This document shows, piece by piece, positions 49,645 to 50,452 of a stretch of DNA of 50,452 nt. The notes under the pieces were generated by a model that was not told the DNA's origin, did no database searches, and was given only the letters and a program-made list of their open reading frames with translations. Position 1 is the first letter of the stretch; the number at the start of each line of letters is the position of its first letter. Position numbers and translations under genes: made by a program. Source of the stretch: Catajapyx aquilonaris (lineage: Eukaryota); assembly GCA_000934665.2 (NCBI GenBank), contig KZ538172.1:62001-112452 (forward strand). Reading direction: 5' to 3'.

Positions 49645-49762
49645 CTTCGGGGATGTCCTCCTCATCTTCTTCATCCTCACCCTCAACCTCCTCCTCATCC
49701 TCTACATCCTCCTCCTCGCCATTCTCCTCCTTTTTTAACTTCTTCACCTCGTCGCCTTTGTC
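49645..49762 (-). CDS. Penultimate coding exon of a small, highly acidic (prothymosin-like) protein gene
   Basis: ccttgcag|DKGDEVKKLKKEENGEEEDVEDEEEVEGEDEEDEEDIPE+G|gtgagt; 118 nt, phase 1; basic KKLKK patch followed by an E/D tract. Confidence 0.8.
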
Positions 49763-50000
49763 CTGCAAGGAACCAAGCAACAATGTGTCACCAAATCTCC
49801 TCCCTTCCTCTTCACATCCACCTCTTATAAACTGCAGGCAAAACTCTCACACAAAAAAAGATGCCCACCCAACCCGATTTTTGGAGCGGGCTGTCGGCCA
49901 ACTCCAGCTCACGTGTGCCAACAAGAACTAAGGGGTAAACCACCTCTCAATTATGCCAGTGTGTGTGTGTGTGTGTGTACACACCCGCGCATGTGTGGTG

Positions 50001-50157
50001 CTACTGCGGCGCCATTCACAATTCGAAAAATTGTGCCAATTCACCAGCAAACAATTTAATCATTTTTATAAACCACGAGTCGTAGTTTATAAAAATGATT
50101 AAATTGTTTGCTGGGGAATAGGCACAATTTTTCGAATTGTGAATGGCGCCGCAGTAG
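50001..50157. mobile_element. Near-perfect palindromic MITE in an intron of the acidic protein gene
   Basis: ctactgcggcgccattcacaattcgaaaaattgtgcc ... ggcacaatttttcgaattgtgaatggcgccgcagtag. Confidence 0.88.
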
Positions 50158-50452
50158 TTTCGGAATTGTCCACGCCGTATGTGCATGGACTCAAAATGCG
50201 CACAATTCAAGACCCTGCGACTGAATACAATCCGCATCTTTACTTTCGATCCGGTCACTTGAAATTTGCAGTCATTTATTCGCGCGCGCAATACCCACAC
50301 ACCGCGCAAATCAACATGGCGGGAATTCACGTGTGCATCCGCGTCCGATAAAACGCCGCCCCATTGTCTTTATGCGCTAATCCACACCCCACTTCCCCCT
50401 CCCCCCTCCCCCAAATGGCCGCCGGTACCTGAAGAGGGGAGGGGGGGGGGGG

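Noticed and set aside
1..50452. CRISPR array or prokaryotic operon
   Set aside because: The window has spliceosomal introns and eukaryotic TEs; no regularly spaced direct repeats with unique spacers were found.

Overview
Animal (probably arthropod-like invertebrate) genomic DNA that is mostly intron and very rich in transposons. Three host genes are supported. (1) A complete VAMP7 gene on the + strand has 6 coding exons (17484-31804, 220 aa), a probable non-coding first exon and a CLEAR/E-box promoter near 15.1 kb. (2) An unidentified gene on the - strand is head-to-head with VAMP7 and is seen only as two phase-matched candidate alternative first coding exons (12444-11771 and 6055-5991); the rest lies left of the window. 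(3) The last two coding exons of a small, extremely acidic (prothymosin-like) protein gene are on the - strand (49762-49386), with a probable long 3' UTR. The remainder consists of four heavily decayed LINE ORF2 fossils, a Crypton-like tyrosine-recombinase fossil, a non-autonomous Helitron, three tRNA-derived SINE families with shuffled modules, and many Tc1/mariner, pogo/Tigger, hAT and Sola-like MITEs (often nested up to four deep), plus two large foldback elements. The most unusual structure is a 1.86-kb palindrome built from two outward-facing LTR-retroelement 3' ends, flanked by a near-perfect 5-bp direct repeat (37269-39130). No CRISPR, rRNA or intact tRNA genes were seen. All alignments and family calls were made by eye and from memory; none come from a database search.
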